This document shows, in pieces, positions 35,118 through 47,773 of a stretch of DNA of 64,000 nucleotides. The position numbers and the translations under genes are program-made. Under the pieces are notes generated by a model. The model saw only the letters and a program-made list of their open reading frames with translations. It was not told where the DNA came from and searched no databases. The DNA comes from Zygnema circumcarinatum SAG 698-1b (Eukaryota > Plantae > Zygnematophyceae), in the NCBI GenBank assembly GCA_037447605.1, contig CM074804.1:7293909-7357908 (forward strand), in the 5' to 3' direction. Position 1 is the first letter of the stretch, and every line of letters begins with the position of its first letter.

Positions 35118-37699
35118 TGTCCCTTTGTTCTGAATAGACAGAACAGGTAGCAAGCAGGGCATAGGCCCCCATGCACCTGCCTGGATGATCTCCAAGGCTC
35201 GCTTCAATCTGTACCAATCGTTGCGTGCCAGCTGTCGCACTGTGACGTGATCTCCCGCGGCCGACAGCAAAGAGAGAGCGGCGGCCCACGGGTCCTCGGC
35301 CCCTTCAATGGCGACCTCCACCTCCCTCTCCACCGCCGCTGCAATGGCAGCCGTAGCTCGGGGAGTTTCAGGCTTTCCGTATAAGAACCTGATGCAGAAC
35401 AGCCATTGCAGTTCACGGTTCCAATCAACTTTTCGAAGATAGATACCCCTCCTACCAAAGCAGAACACTTGCTAGAATTCGCAACACAGATGGAACTCTT
35501 GAGCTATTGTTCCAGGACAAGAATCGCGTATGAAAAAGTCAGCTGGTATGCTGCAGCATGTGCAAATGCAGTGACAGCAGAAATGCAGCTCGAAACTGTA
35601 AGGTCTTGCACTGCCAAAAATAGAGTAAGCAATTTTAGATGTCCAGGAAAAGAATGGGGCGGGCAGTGCACCAGCGCAGGTAGAGGCCTGTTCCGCCGAC
35701 CACAATTGGGACGCCCCCTCTGCTCAATACTTCGCTTGTCGCTTGCCGAGCATGCACATAGAAATCTCCGGCCGTATATTCTGACCCCTCCTCCCTTCCC
35801 ACTATCTCAAAAAAAAACTTAAAAATGGCGTTCCCCCCAGCTGCATTCTTAAGCTATCGCTCTAGATCTTTCGCACCAACCATTTAATAAGAAACAAATT
35901 GATGCTATAAATTGATGCTTACAGTGGAGGAGGCATTGATCTTAAAGTACCTTCAGTTGGCTCAATGATGTCGAGAAGGTGATGGTGTATACCCTGGCCC
36001 GCCCAAACTCTACCTCCAACCTCAGCCTCGATTCCACTTAATCTTTCACTTGGACACAAAGAATGTCGATGCGAATCTCAGCCTTCAGCCCAACGCCAAT
36101 TTTAATGATCAACTTCTCCTTTCCATCTCTATCTCTTGTTCTGAAAGTGACACCGCACATATCAAGAGAGTGAAAGCAACAACGGAAGCATCTCCACGAT
36201 GTTGCAAAGGGGAGGCCAGCATATGTACAGTACCTGGCGTTCGTGGACAGGGGTCTTAGCACTGCCAATATCCAATCCCTTGTATACCTGCATGAACCAA
36301 TTAATCTCCCTTAGTCGGCATGCAATGAAGATGTGTCACAGATGCTACAACGCTTGGAAAAATGTAAAAGCTCCGAGCTCAGAGATGTCCTTCGCAAGTC
36401 CATGAGCAGATGGTACTGAAAGTGAAATAAATCAACAAACAAGTGTTAATCATCAACCTAGACGAGAAGGGCAGATCAACCCCAAGTGTATATACTCTTA
36501 GCATGATGAATTCAGTAAAGGAAGTCAGCCAGAATTCAGCATATAACCGGATTTTTTGGGATTTTCTATATGCTTATGGAACTGATTATTGACAGTTGGC
36601 AACTTGATCCAGACAGAAATGCAGTTGTTTACTTAACTCATTCAAAAAATAAGTTTTAACGAAGCTTAACTGTGAACCGTATGTGATGCTGTCTGCTGTC
36701 TTGCTGTTCTCTTCATTGTAATTACAGTTGATGAAAAGGTTGAAGTTTTTCATCGTTTAATGATGGTCAAGGTAAGGAAGAAGAATTGACATATCATACA
36801 TATTCATTGCACTCAGCTGAAAAACCGACTAGGAGCATTAAGTCCCATAACAGTATGCTTCCCCGTAATCTGCTCATGTGACGTTGAATCTTGTCTCCAA
36901 AGTAAGACATACAAACTTGCCAAAAAGTCCACTAAACCAATTTCGAGAACCGGAGAAGCGTTGCAATCGACAACTTCTCTAACGAGCTCAAGTCGGAAGC
37001 ATTTCTTCCCTCAGATAACTGTTGAAGCACTATCGCCTAAAAATGGGACACAATACACCGCCTTGACTACTTCTGTGGTCTTATGCGATATTGCTTATTT
37101 TTTTGTATGTGCGTATGAGGTTGATGCCATGTTTATCGATGTGGCCCACTGCGGAACAAACTCTTAATTCCATTTCTTTTGAAAAAATATCAGTAATCAA
37201 TCGACTGATTTAATTGCCGGAACATGCTACCATCGCGAGCATATTCACCACATGGAATTTTAATGAACATTCCTGACAATACCTGGACTGAGTCAGCACT
37301 GATAATCTCTCCACCCAGCTTTTTCGCGAGCATTAAAGCCAGTCTTGTTTTCCCTGATGCTGTTGGTCCAGAAATCACAATGACTTTTGCCTTGCTTCCA
37401 CTCTCTCTCTTCGTTTCATGCTTACTATCCACTTCCATTTTCATTGCCTGCACTCCACTATCTTCTAAGTAGCTCAAGTCAGCCTGCGAGACCACCACAC
37501 CCCTTCTAGCAGTTCCTTTTCTCAATTGCTTAAACTGTTTCTCATACTTTCGGCTGCAAGACCATAAGCTCTGGTTCCAAATAGACTGTACACCATTAAT
37601 GGGACCAATCCTGCTTCCCAGAGTGAGGGAAGCCAGCTGACAGTAAGGGTTGCAGGAAAGGCAGAAGCGCAGCTGCAAGAAGCTCCTCTGATTAAGCAT
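32958..37699 (-). CDS. IPT9: tRNA dimethylallyltransferase (MiaA/IPT9-type, organellar)
   Basis: Eleven exons (37283..37699 ... 32958..33036). Motifs [22 protein letters not shown]|[68 protein letters not shown]. The start codon is uncertain; intron 5 is best read as GC-AG. Confidence 0.94.
35043..35114. repeat. (CT)n/(AG)n microsatellite (~36 units, one interruption) in IPT9 intron 5
   Basis: Read directly from the sequence. Confidence 0.95.
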
Positions 37700-37857
37700 G
37701 GGGACTGCGCAAGCAGAGAAAGGCGCCACGTAGCTGCATAACAGCTTCAGAAGCACGAGACCTAAATGCCTTTTTACATTCTAAAAGCTCTTGAAGCTCG
37801 GTCAGCTGCAAAGGGACGGAGGAGCGCCCGCGTGGAAAAGGAGAAGAGCTGCAGACC

Positions 37858-40800
37858 ATGGCTGCAATAGGAGGAGCCCTGTGCTCTGCTGTATGGCAGT
37901 CTCCGACAACCCTTCCCATGACGGCTGCGTCTGCACCTTCTCATGGCTTGTCGCTGAGCTGCTCTCCTGTAGGAGTTAGAGCACCTAAAAGCCATGGCTA
38001 CATTGTGGTTTCTGCGAATGTGGGCGAGTCAGACCAGGCTCAGGATGCCCCTTCAAAGTGCCTTGAGGAATCTCACACAAGAAATAGAGCATTTGGAACA
38101 AGGGCTGCTGCAGCTCTGCCTCTTCTACCTGCTGAGTGGAAGGTTTCCAATTCAGCAGGAGCAAACTGCGAATGCAACCAAGATACACAATTCAGGGTGG
38201 CAAGGAGATCATCGTTGTTATTCATGTCCAGCTTAGGGTTACAATTGGGTTTAGGCTTAGAGTTCGATGCAGGGTCAGTCGACCGGAGCACACCTATCTG
38301 GCAAGCCTTGGCTAGTGCTTTGGAACCCCCAAGCATAGACTTTAACAAGCAGCCTTCTGGAGTGTTTGATCCCACAGATAAAAATTTGAGAGAGGCTGCT
38401 GTTATCTTCCAGCAAGCATTGGATTCGCCAACAGTGGGTATTCTTTTCGTTTCCTTTCAGCATATTATGTGAGCAATGGATATGACAAATCGCATTTCGC
38501 AGTCATCAGCCTTCATTATTTGGGTACTTTGAGCACAGATACTACTTTTGTTTCATTCAGTCCGATGGTCTTTGATTGTTTCAAAACTTGCAGCTTTTCT
38601 GCTGAATTCGGTAAAATTGTTGATCGAAATGTATATCATAATCAGCTCGGTTATGTTAGCCTAGGGCGGCACCCGAATTCCCATGATCAGCTCTTTGATA
38701 CGTCCTGCAAGATGTCTCATCCATGGACAGGTGGAGGAAGAGGAACGGCTTTGGACTGAAGTCATTGAGAGGTACCAGAATCTAGATGCAGAGTGGGTCA
38801 ATGATATTGTTTCACGAGCATGGGGAAATCGTGGAAACGCACGATCTCGCCAGGTATATACTGTTTTCACTTACTTTGGAGGCCGCATTCTTGAGGGACT
38901 TTGCTTGTTCCTTGTCAAGTTAGCCGCAGTTACATTTATACATGTCGTTTTATGTACTCGTTACATTGAACATTACTTATCTGAGCGCTCTCTCCGAACT
39001 TCCTTTGTGTGACCATTTGCATGGAGACATGCGTTTTGTGAATGCAGGGCCGCTTGGAGGAAGCCCTTGCTGACTACAGTCGATCCATTGAGCTGGCACC
39101 GTAGGAAGCACATAACCTTCTTGATGTGTTCATGGATGGGTGAAGTCAGGGCGTTTGTGTTTTCATTCCAGTTGTATCTCGTGCATCTCAGGTCCGGGTT
39201 GTTGTCGGAAAGAATATCTTACGACGCTTAGTGTTTTTTTCGGGGCTTCCTCTTTGGAGATGCTACTTTCTTTGAAGCTATTTAGTGCCAGAATATGCCA
39301 TGATATGCAGTTCGATGGAGAGAGCACTGCCCTTGGATAAGTGGGGGATGTGTTTAGTGTTTGTGCTTGTGAGTATGCCAAACAACCAGATGGGTAATAT
39401 AGTCTTTCCTCTCATAACCTTTCACATTGGACAGTAGAAACAATGAGGTCGTTGTTACTTGCATTCCTATCAAGATCTATAAACGCTGCATAGTGGTTGC
39501 GAGACATATTTTGGGGCTTGTCCAGAAAGACATATGGGCTGGGCAGGGACAACAGCCTCTGGGCTGTCCGCGCGGGTGCAGGTATGCGGTGGACCCCGTC
39601 CTGAACCGCGGAGTGGCCCTTGAAAACTTGGGACGCTTTGAGGAAGCTGCTCAGGACTACTTGGCTGTATTGGAGGCCGTCCCTGCAGACCCTGCAGCAT
39701 GGAACAATCTCGGGAACGTGAGGGTAGGTCTATTCACTGCTGCCTCCTTCAACTCAAGCGAACTTTTGCCCTTCAGCGATGCATGGTCTCATCTCGTCCT
39801 TTTCTTTGTTGGGAAGCATTGAATTTGGCCTCTGCTAGCGTCCAGGTCCAGCAGCTTCCCTCCTTAGGCGTGATTAAGCTCATGTGTCACCATGCAGGCA
39901 GCCATTGGACAGTGGGATGAAGCACTTCTCGATTACCGACGAGCAGTGCAGCTTGCGCCTGAATTCTCCTTTGCAGCAGCGAACTACGCCCTGGTTGAGC
40001 CTCGTCTCCTTCAGCCACTTTCGGATACTGTTGGCCTCTGCTTTCACGTTACTGGGGCTGTTCGCTGATTGTCTATTCCTTTATCTCGTCGTCTTGAGTA
40101 CTGCAGGGTGGCATTCAGACCTCGTCCCCTGCTCTAATTTAAGATTTGTTCGTTTTTTGGTTGCTGGGATTATTCTCACGCAGGCTTTGTATCAAGTGGG
40201 CCGAAGCAATGAAGCCATCAAGCAGTTCCGCACCCTGTTGAGAAGATACCCTGAGGCATGATAACTTTCTGACCCATAGCCACTTTGCATTTTTTTGCAG
40301 TATCTGCAGCATGTTGACATTGTAATTTGGTACAGAAAAAAATAAGATAGTTCGATCCACTGTGCTGATCCACTGGCCATGAACACTGGCGCTGAACCGC
40401 AGTTTCCAGACATGCGAGCAGCATTAGCTGTATCTCTGTATAAGGAGGGCCTCACAGGAGATGCGGAGACGAACTGGACTCGCTTGGAGGTGAGTTGAGG
40501 AGGGCTGAGATTTCTTTTTGCAGGAGAGTTAGTCAACAGATGAAAGGAGGCTTTAAAGTGCATGATCCAGTGTTTGAGCCTTCAGCTCCGCCCAAGGTCA
40601 CCGTCTGCAACTGAAAGCATCTGCTGGGGTCTGATGACTCCCATTTCCATGTAATGGGAAAGCCAGTGAGCGATGCCATGTAGCATGTGCCCATTGGAAG
40701 ATTGCGTCTGCTGTGCAGAGATTTCATGGTCTCCTCTTGCACCTTCTGATGGCATGTCCTCATTGTATTCCTGGGCAGGACTTGAGGTATCGGGACCGCT

Positions 40801-40889
40801 CGTGGGTCCGCAACACGCGGAGATGGCCTCCCCGTCTGGCAGACGAGCTGGAGGCTTTTCTGGACCTGAAGGCCACGACTGCAACCTGA
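37858..40889 (+). CDS. Plastid-targeted TPR-repeat protein
   Basis: Transit-like N-terminus, then TPR exons (AWGNRGNARSRQ|GRLEEALADYSRSIELAP|YAVDPVLNRGVALENLGRFEEA..AWNNLGNVR..FAAANYAL|ALYQVG..YPE|FPDMRAALA), and a last exon 40779..40889 DLRYRDRSWVRNTRRWPP. One GC-AG intron. Confidence 0.85.
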
Positions 40890-41790
40890 GCCCCTCAGCG
40901 GAGTCGTTTTTCCTCCACAGGCGCTATTTTGTGCTTAGGAGCAACAGATATGCAGTCTTTCTTAGTGTTGGCTTTTTATTGGCCAGGCACAGGCAAGCAG
41001 GCACGAGCTGACACATGAATGGTAGGGTCGTTCCATTCTTACCATGCGGGTTTATCACGGTGATAACGAGAGAACTATGTGTGCCATGCCTTTCAAGGTC
41101 ATGTGGCCTGCATGGTCATGGTCATGGTCATGTCTGCACATCCATAAAGCTTTTACGAGCCATCACAAGCCCCCAAGTGAGGAGATGAGAGGGCAAAACC
41201 TACAGCCTCCATTGCATATGTTGGCACGAACTTGTACACTGCACAATTTCTCCCATTTCCAGCTTGAAAGTGACAACTGTTGGCGGTGCCCATATTGAAG
41301 AGGCATGCCAGCTAATTGGATGGCCCCCTTTCCCCATGAATATCATACCCACAATGATAAAGACTATAATAACAGCAAGCAATCAGTCACCAGCAAGCTC
41401 CCTTCTCCAGTCAACCCCTACACCTGCAGTGCTTGGAGTGGCACAGTTGCAGGACTGCACTTTCAGATCATTTGAAGGCACAGCCTCCCTTCGGGCCTCC
41501 CCACTGTCACCGACGAAAATGCTTCTCTCTGAAGAGCAGCAGCTGACCTCGGTTCGCTCCCTCAGAAAACCCTTTTCCTCTTTAAACTGAAAGGGTACCA
41601 CCACCGGGCCCAGGTAACGAGGTTACATCTGATGCTTCCTCCAAGGGTTGATAGGCTGGGTATGTCCCTCCTCGCTTGTCAATAAGCCCGGGTCATCATC
41701 CGCTTGCTCGCACTTGCGAGTGCAAGGCACCGGTGATACATTCGGATCCACCACTCTCCCATAAGCTTGAGCAATGGAAACGTCTCACAG

Positions 41791-44700
41791 CTAAAAGTCC
41801 CAACTGTAAGGATCATCAACCTCCTGTTCAGACGACCCACATGGAACACCCCCATGGCCAGCATATACAACAGGCGAGAGGTTCAAATCCAATAGAGTAG
41901 TACCAAGTTGGCTCCTTGGCTTGTCCCTATGCACTTCCGCACCCAGTGATGCCTCCAGCTCGCACTCTGTATTGGAGGGCACTGTGCTCACATCAGGCAC
42001 TCCGTTACCAGGTTCAACACTGGAATTGGTGATGAGCTCCGTTTGTTCCTTCTTTCTTGATAAATCAGGATCATCGGCCTTTTGCTCAATACATTTCTTA
42101 CGAGAGGAAAAAAATGAATCAGCCGAGTCCACCACACTCTCCCCGACATGCTCTGCAGTACAATTGACGAGCTCAATTGGTTCCTTACTCATCGAGGAAG
42201 GAGGATCATCACCTTCTTGTTCACAACACGGATCGTTTAGTTGATGGTTGTCAGATAGTAAGGGCGACACCTTCGAGTTCAACACAGTAGCACCAGGTGA
42301 ACTCTTGTGCACATCCTCACTCACCGAAGTCTCACCCATCAATTCAGACTCAGCTTCCCCAGCACCGTGGCCTGCAGTATCCGTTCGATTGCCTAACTTT
42401 GCAGATACTTGAGTTGCAGTCCGAACCTCGATCTCCGAATCACCCCTCTCTCCTGATAAAGCTAACCTATCCGTCTGATCCTCCGGAGAACTATGAAGCA
42501 AAGTTGGTTCACGGTCATCGGAGTGCAGATCTGACCATAATGCAACAACCTCTGAACCCTTTGCACCCCGGGACTCTATGAAAGAACTGGATGGCCCGGC
42601 CTCCAATTGCCGATTGTTGGCAGGCACATCGGAAACTTCCAGTCTACTTGCTTCCAACATTTGCTCCACAAGCTCTTGAATTCTCCACCGCAAGCCGGAA
42701 GCCTCTTGGGGAGGAAACCATTTGCGTCCAAACTGATGCATGGAACATGGAGGGGTCATCAATGGAACAGAACGATGCTAGAAGCACAACGAATTCGGAA
42801 CACGTGGAAAGGCATCGATTAACTTTGCGACTCCGAGTTCACCAAACAAATAAATCGAGATGAGGTGAACGAGCTACGGTCATTGAATGGCAATTGGAGG
42901 AGTTAGTCTCACCATTGATTGTATGTGCCGATCTCCATGCAGATAGGTTTCCGGAACAGTATTTACAAATAACTCCAGGTAGTAGAGCAAATAACAGCCA
43001 CAGTCAAATTCGTTTTCCTGCTGTGGCACCTGTGAGCAGTCAACCATGCTCTGCTGCTCACGTACTGACAGATAGATAGATAGAGCAATCCGTATGTTCA
43101 TGATAATGCAGTGGGGAAAAAGAACCTGAAAGGGCCAGCTCTAGTAACTAACTCGAAGCCCCCCAAAACATGTGCCTAACTCTGACAAGAAGCAGTTTTT
43201 GCTGTTTGATACTCTTGATGACATGTTTCTTCTCGCAAGTTTTGTGGAAGGAAGGTAAGCAAATGAATTCCAGCGAAGAAAAGACAACCGAATGAAGTCA
43301 AAGGAAAGCAAACACTCCAAATTGTTTCATTGGGTTTGTTTGTTTCACCGAGCTGACAGCAGTCACAGATTTCTCCCTTGCACCGCCTATCATCAAAACA
43401 ATAGTTGATCGTGCAGTGTTGTGAATGGTAAATACAAGCTTAGAATATTTTCTCTGATGTCAATTGTTTTGTCTTTCCTTTGCGGGAGTCACTCTGCTTT
43501 GTGTCTCCCATAAAAATGCACAAGTCCACTACATCATCAAAGGAATAGAATAACAAAAAACAGAGCTATGTTCAATATGAGAGCAGCATCGACTGACCCG
43601 CACGCGATGTGCCGGAACTCGAGACTCGAACTTTCCATGCTTTGTGCCGTTCAGTTTGGGGTCGGCTGACTTCTGCTCGGCTTCATGAGCCAACTCAGCC
43701 GCTAAGTAGCTGCCATGAACCAAAAGAGGATGCCCATTACGGCAGCCCACAGTGACTCTGCCATGTTTGACAAAGAACCACAGCTGCACAAATAGTAGAT
43801 TTGTAGCTCACCATACAAAATCTACACAGAATTTTTCATATTCTACCATGAGTGTATCTGCAGAACTCTAAGACCCTCCACATTACTTGCATCCTGCAAA
43901 GTGCTTCAAGCTCCATGGTAGCCCTACCAAATAAACAGAAAGCCCATCCAAGTGGCATGTCGTCCATCTGCCATGCAAAAACCCGTCTTCAAACGAAACA
44001 GGGCAGTTTAAATGTCCCATCCCCACTTGACACAAGCTCTCATTCATTCATTCATTCATTCATTCCCACTCATTAGTGGAAGGGAGGAAGGCTCACCTCC
44101 TAAGCACACGGAAGAGCCTAGTGCTGTTGTGGCCCGTCGCCAGCGAGTCGAGATGAAGCAAAGAAGCAACCCACTTTTTGGGCTCACTCTCCTTCGAACC
44201 TTTAGGAGGGAAACAAATGATCGCCAGACTCCAATGCAGACTGCGGGCGGTGCAGAGTACCGGTCAGCATCGACATTGCAAAGGAAAAAAGTGGGCCTTT
44301 TCCGTGAAGGAGATTTGGGCTACATATCGCATTACTCGAGAAGTGTGGATATGGGCCAATGAATGGCAAAGGAAGGGAGACAGCTGATGCAAGTCACTTA
44401 TCAATTTCCATTTTTCCTTTCTAGGGATTGCAATTACACATATTAGATGAAGTGGAGTTGCTGAACCACCTGTCGTGAATGGGAATGATCATATACGACT
44501 TCTGAAAGATGCGTTGACCTTGTGTCCACTTCCTCAGTTTTGAGAGAGCGTTCGACTTATCGAAATCTCCACTCCTATTTCGCTGCATCCCCAGTTAATA
44601 AAAAATGCCGTTGGAAGGTACAGCAAAGTGTCTGTCTGAGGCGAACACGAAAAGTGCAAGATCGACAGAATTCAAAGGGGCAGGGAAGAAAATGGCGAGG

Positions 44701-47140
44701 AGAAGAATATTGCAGGGACTGACCTCAAAAATATTTGAAAGCTTTTCAAAGAAGAAGCTATTGCAGAAGAGGAACCAGTCCCGTCTGCTTTCCTCCAGTG
44801 TATTCTGAATGTACCTAACAAACCCAGCACCCGCCATGCACGAATATCAGTTGACAAGGAAACAATGACGATGACATGAGTTCTTATTTGGATCATTACA
44901 AACAGAAAAATTAAAGGAAGCCGAGTGCAGTCTTCCCAAAAGGGAAAAAACAAGCACCACTGCAAAACAAATACAAAGCACAGCATTACGCTGATGTGCA
45001 ATCTGATATTGACGGCTCACTTTATGTAAAAGTATATGATGGTGTCATTCAGATATTGGAAAGGCGCCAAACAGCGCAGATCAGACCCCCGAACCTCCAC
45101 CTGGTCATCATCCGACCTGCTAAAGAGGCCATTCCCCCAAAGCCCACCAATGCTGTCAGAGAATATGGTATTCATGATTATAGTGTATGAGTATTGTACT
45201 GATCCACACCATCGTGGGAAACCGAGCAGCCATGGGACACAGCTCAGTCAAGGTTGCACCCCATCAAATATTTTCGCAGGGGCTGAGTTTTTCCGGCTTA
45301 CCTTGATGGATATGTGAAGGACGTGCTCAACAACCTGCACTGACTCACGTGAAACCCGAACAAGGAATTATAGGGCAGCTTGCCATAATTACAGCCAAAA
45401 CACACGCATAGCATGGAATGAAACTGTGAAACAAGATCAGTTAGACTGTCTCTCAATTCTCACATAAAAATGGGAGGTAGCTGCTTCAATTGAAACTGCT
45501 ATCCTGAGGCTAGTGACCCGCCCCTTCTCCATACTGCAAACTCAGGTTTTTTAATGTGAATCAGCTGTCCAAAACTGCATATCGTCACGCCACTCCGTCC
45601 TCTGACCTCGGTCACCTGCGCTGCGCAGTCCTCCGCAGCCCCTCCCGCCTGATGGCTTGCCCTCTACCATGGCTGCTTGTAACAACTGCGTCGGGGGAAC
45701 TCTCCCCCTCTCCTCCTTCACAAGTGCCATCTTCCTCAGATGAACCAATCTCCAAAGCCATGTCCTAAAGGAGAGAGAGGAGATGAGAGAGAGGGAGAGA
45801 AGGAGAGGGCGAACGTCACATTAGTTGCCTGACATGTCCTGTCCTCACAAAAGACCTTTTGAGTCTGATTCTTGATATTTTTTTGGGTGGCATATCTAGT
45901 GCAGCATATTCACACTTTCTCAGCCGAACAAATTGCCATGGCTGGAAAAATGAGACACTTACTGGAGATCCACCGATTGTAGCTACTCTAGGATCCGTTC
46001 CAACCTCTTTCTCTGCATTTTTCCGTTTCCGTTTCCGAGGAAAGCTCTGAAGCTGGGCATGTGACAAATGGTCTAAATCAGGAAAAACGCCCGTTATAAT
46101 CTGTCACAATGTTTTCAAAGCAGTCGACATAGAATATGCCTAGAGATCCATCTGGATTCCTATTTTATTGTTGCAGAGGATCACAAGAGGGAGGTGAAAA
46201 ATATGCACAGGAACGTTCTACTACAATCTAGCCAGGAATCGTTCTATCGCCGTGCCATCCAATGGAGGTAAATTGTATCTCTATTATTCACGGTTGAGGC
46301 GTTGCATGCATTTGGCGAATAAAAAGATTCTTTTATTGAAGCCAAATATGTGTCACCTCCATTTCATTTTGTCATTCGCAAAGCTTCATGAAAGTACTCC
46401 GCAATCCAACAAGAAAAAATAAATGACAGCGTGACACCTTACGCCGCAAATTAACCATAGTTGAGCCGGAGAAAAAAGTACAATGGTCTCAATCCTGAAT
46501 GTGCAACAGAAAGAACTCGTGAACTCTAGCGAAAAGTGAACCAATGCTTTCTCTAAGATGCCTACATCTTGACCTTTGTTAAATTGGTCTATGCTATTCA
46601 TATGTTAAGGATATGTTCTTCAAAGATAAAGACTGATATGCACCTAGCATGAAGATAATGGCCAATTAATCATTACATACCAGCAATGTAGACGCCCTAA
46701 TTTCGTCAGTGGGCTCAGACAATAGACGCCCCCTATCTGAACTCTCGGAATGGTCAGTCATGTCCCTGCACAACAACAAGGACAATTGAAAACCTTGAGA
46801 CAGAGTAGCCTCCTTCACTCCCCATTTTGAAAGATTTTGTAAAAGCATAAGGCAAAGGCCACCAATTTCATGTAAAGACCGCTGTATTAATGCCTCCTGC
46901 GCCAGTGCTTGAAACATCGCAACCCTTGCAATGCCAGAGAAAACCTGACCAGCAAGTTCTACAAAGTCGAAGATTCTTCCAGATGCGAAATGTGCCCCGT
47001 TCACTACACGCCTGGCACGGCTGCTTGCATAGGCGAGCTGGTCTCCTCTTGGAAAGAGGTCCAGGGTCTCCCTCAAAGAATTTCTGCTCCCCGTCTTCCC
47101 TGAAAATCAGATTGGCCTCGCCTTCTTCTGACCTGTCCAT
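41791..47140 (-). CDS. SUMO protease, ULP1c/d (OTS)-type C48 peptidase, with N-terminal C4 motif and long acidic C-terminal tail
   Basis: Catalytic exons read YLNDTIIYFYIK, FCNSFFFEKL, KLRKWT..YMIIPIHDSLHWSLAIIC (His), HLDSL (Asp), VPQQENEFDCG (Gln/Cys) and KWFPPQEASGLR. Exon 1 is 46950..47140 and exon 2 is 46681..46765. Exons near 45800..46070 and the 3' end are not fully resolved. Confidence 0.88.
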
Positions 47141-47312
47141 GGCTGCTCCCGCCCCTTCCCCTCCTACTCCTTCCCATGCGCCTTCCCCCCCCCTCCCCTT
47201 CCCTCTCTCGGGATCTGCCTGTGCGGAGCGGAGCCCTAATATCGTATTGGCCATACCGCCCCGTATCGCATACTTGATATCCCGATACTTCGCCCTGTTG
47301 CCCTCCCTCCCA

Positions 47313-47364
47313 ATGTCATGTCATGTCATGTCGTGTCATGTCATGTCATGTCATTTCATGTCAT
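47313..47364. repeat. (ATGTC)n pentanucleotide microsatellite, ~10 imperfect units
   Basis: Read directly from the sequence. Confidence 0.85.
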
Positions 47365-47555
47365 ATACTCATATCCTCATCCCATCCCATGGCCATTGTA
47401 CCATGCTAATACTGTACGGACCACAGTGTTAAATGTACGGAGGGCAGTGTGCCGTACGAAAAAGGACCGTGAGGGGATCCTTGGGCGGATCAAAGGGCCG
47501 CGCGCGCGCACACTTATGGGCCCCGTCGGCCCGCCCGCAGCCTCTCCCCGCGCGC

Positions 47556-47773
47556 CACGTGGCCTAACCCAGTCAGCGCCCTCCCGTCCTTTCCCATCAG
47601 TCCATCCGCTCGCAGCGTGTCACGTCCCTGGTCGAGCGACCTCCAATCGCGGCATGTCACGTGTCGCAGGAATACCTCCCATTGGTTCGGGCCGCCCTGT
47701 GATGAGGGCCCAACCGATTTAGGCGCTGACCTGGCGTCCCCGTTTGACGCCACGTGGCTGAGGGCGCCACGTG
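47556..47773. promoter_or_regulatory. Four perfect G-boxes (CACGTG) in the divergent SUMO protease/GH31 promoter
   Basis: CACGTG at 47556, 47658, 47751 and 47768, several in ABRE-like ACGTGGC/ACGTGTC context. Confidence 0.6.

Noticed and set aside
32466-37699. tRNA isopentenyltransferase gene next to a tRNA-Tyr as an enzyme-substrate cluster
   Set aside because: The spliced tRNA has G37 (CUGUAGA), not the A36-A37-A38 that i6A37 requires, and IPT9-type enzymes are organellar. The adjacency is probably coincidental.
46156-46268. Plus-strand exon-like segment (TTGCAG...GAG|GTAAAT) inside the SUMO protease gene
   Set aside because: It has no partner exons or recognisable product and lies antisense within an intron; likely chance.
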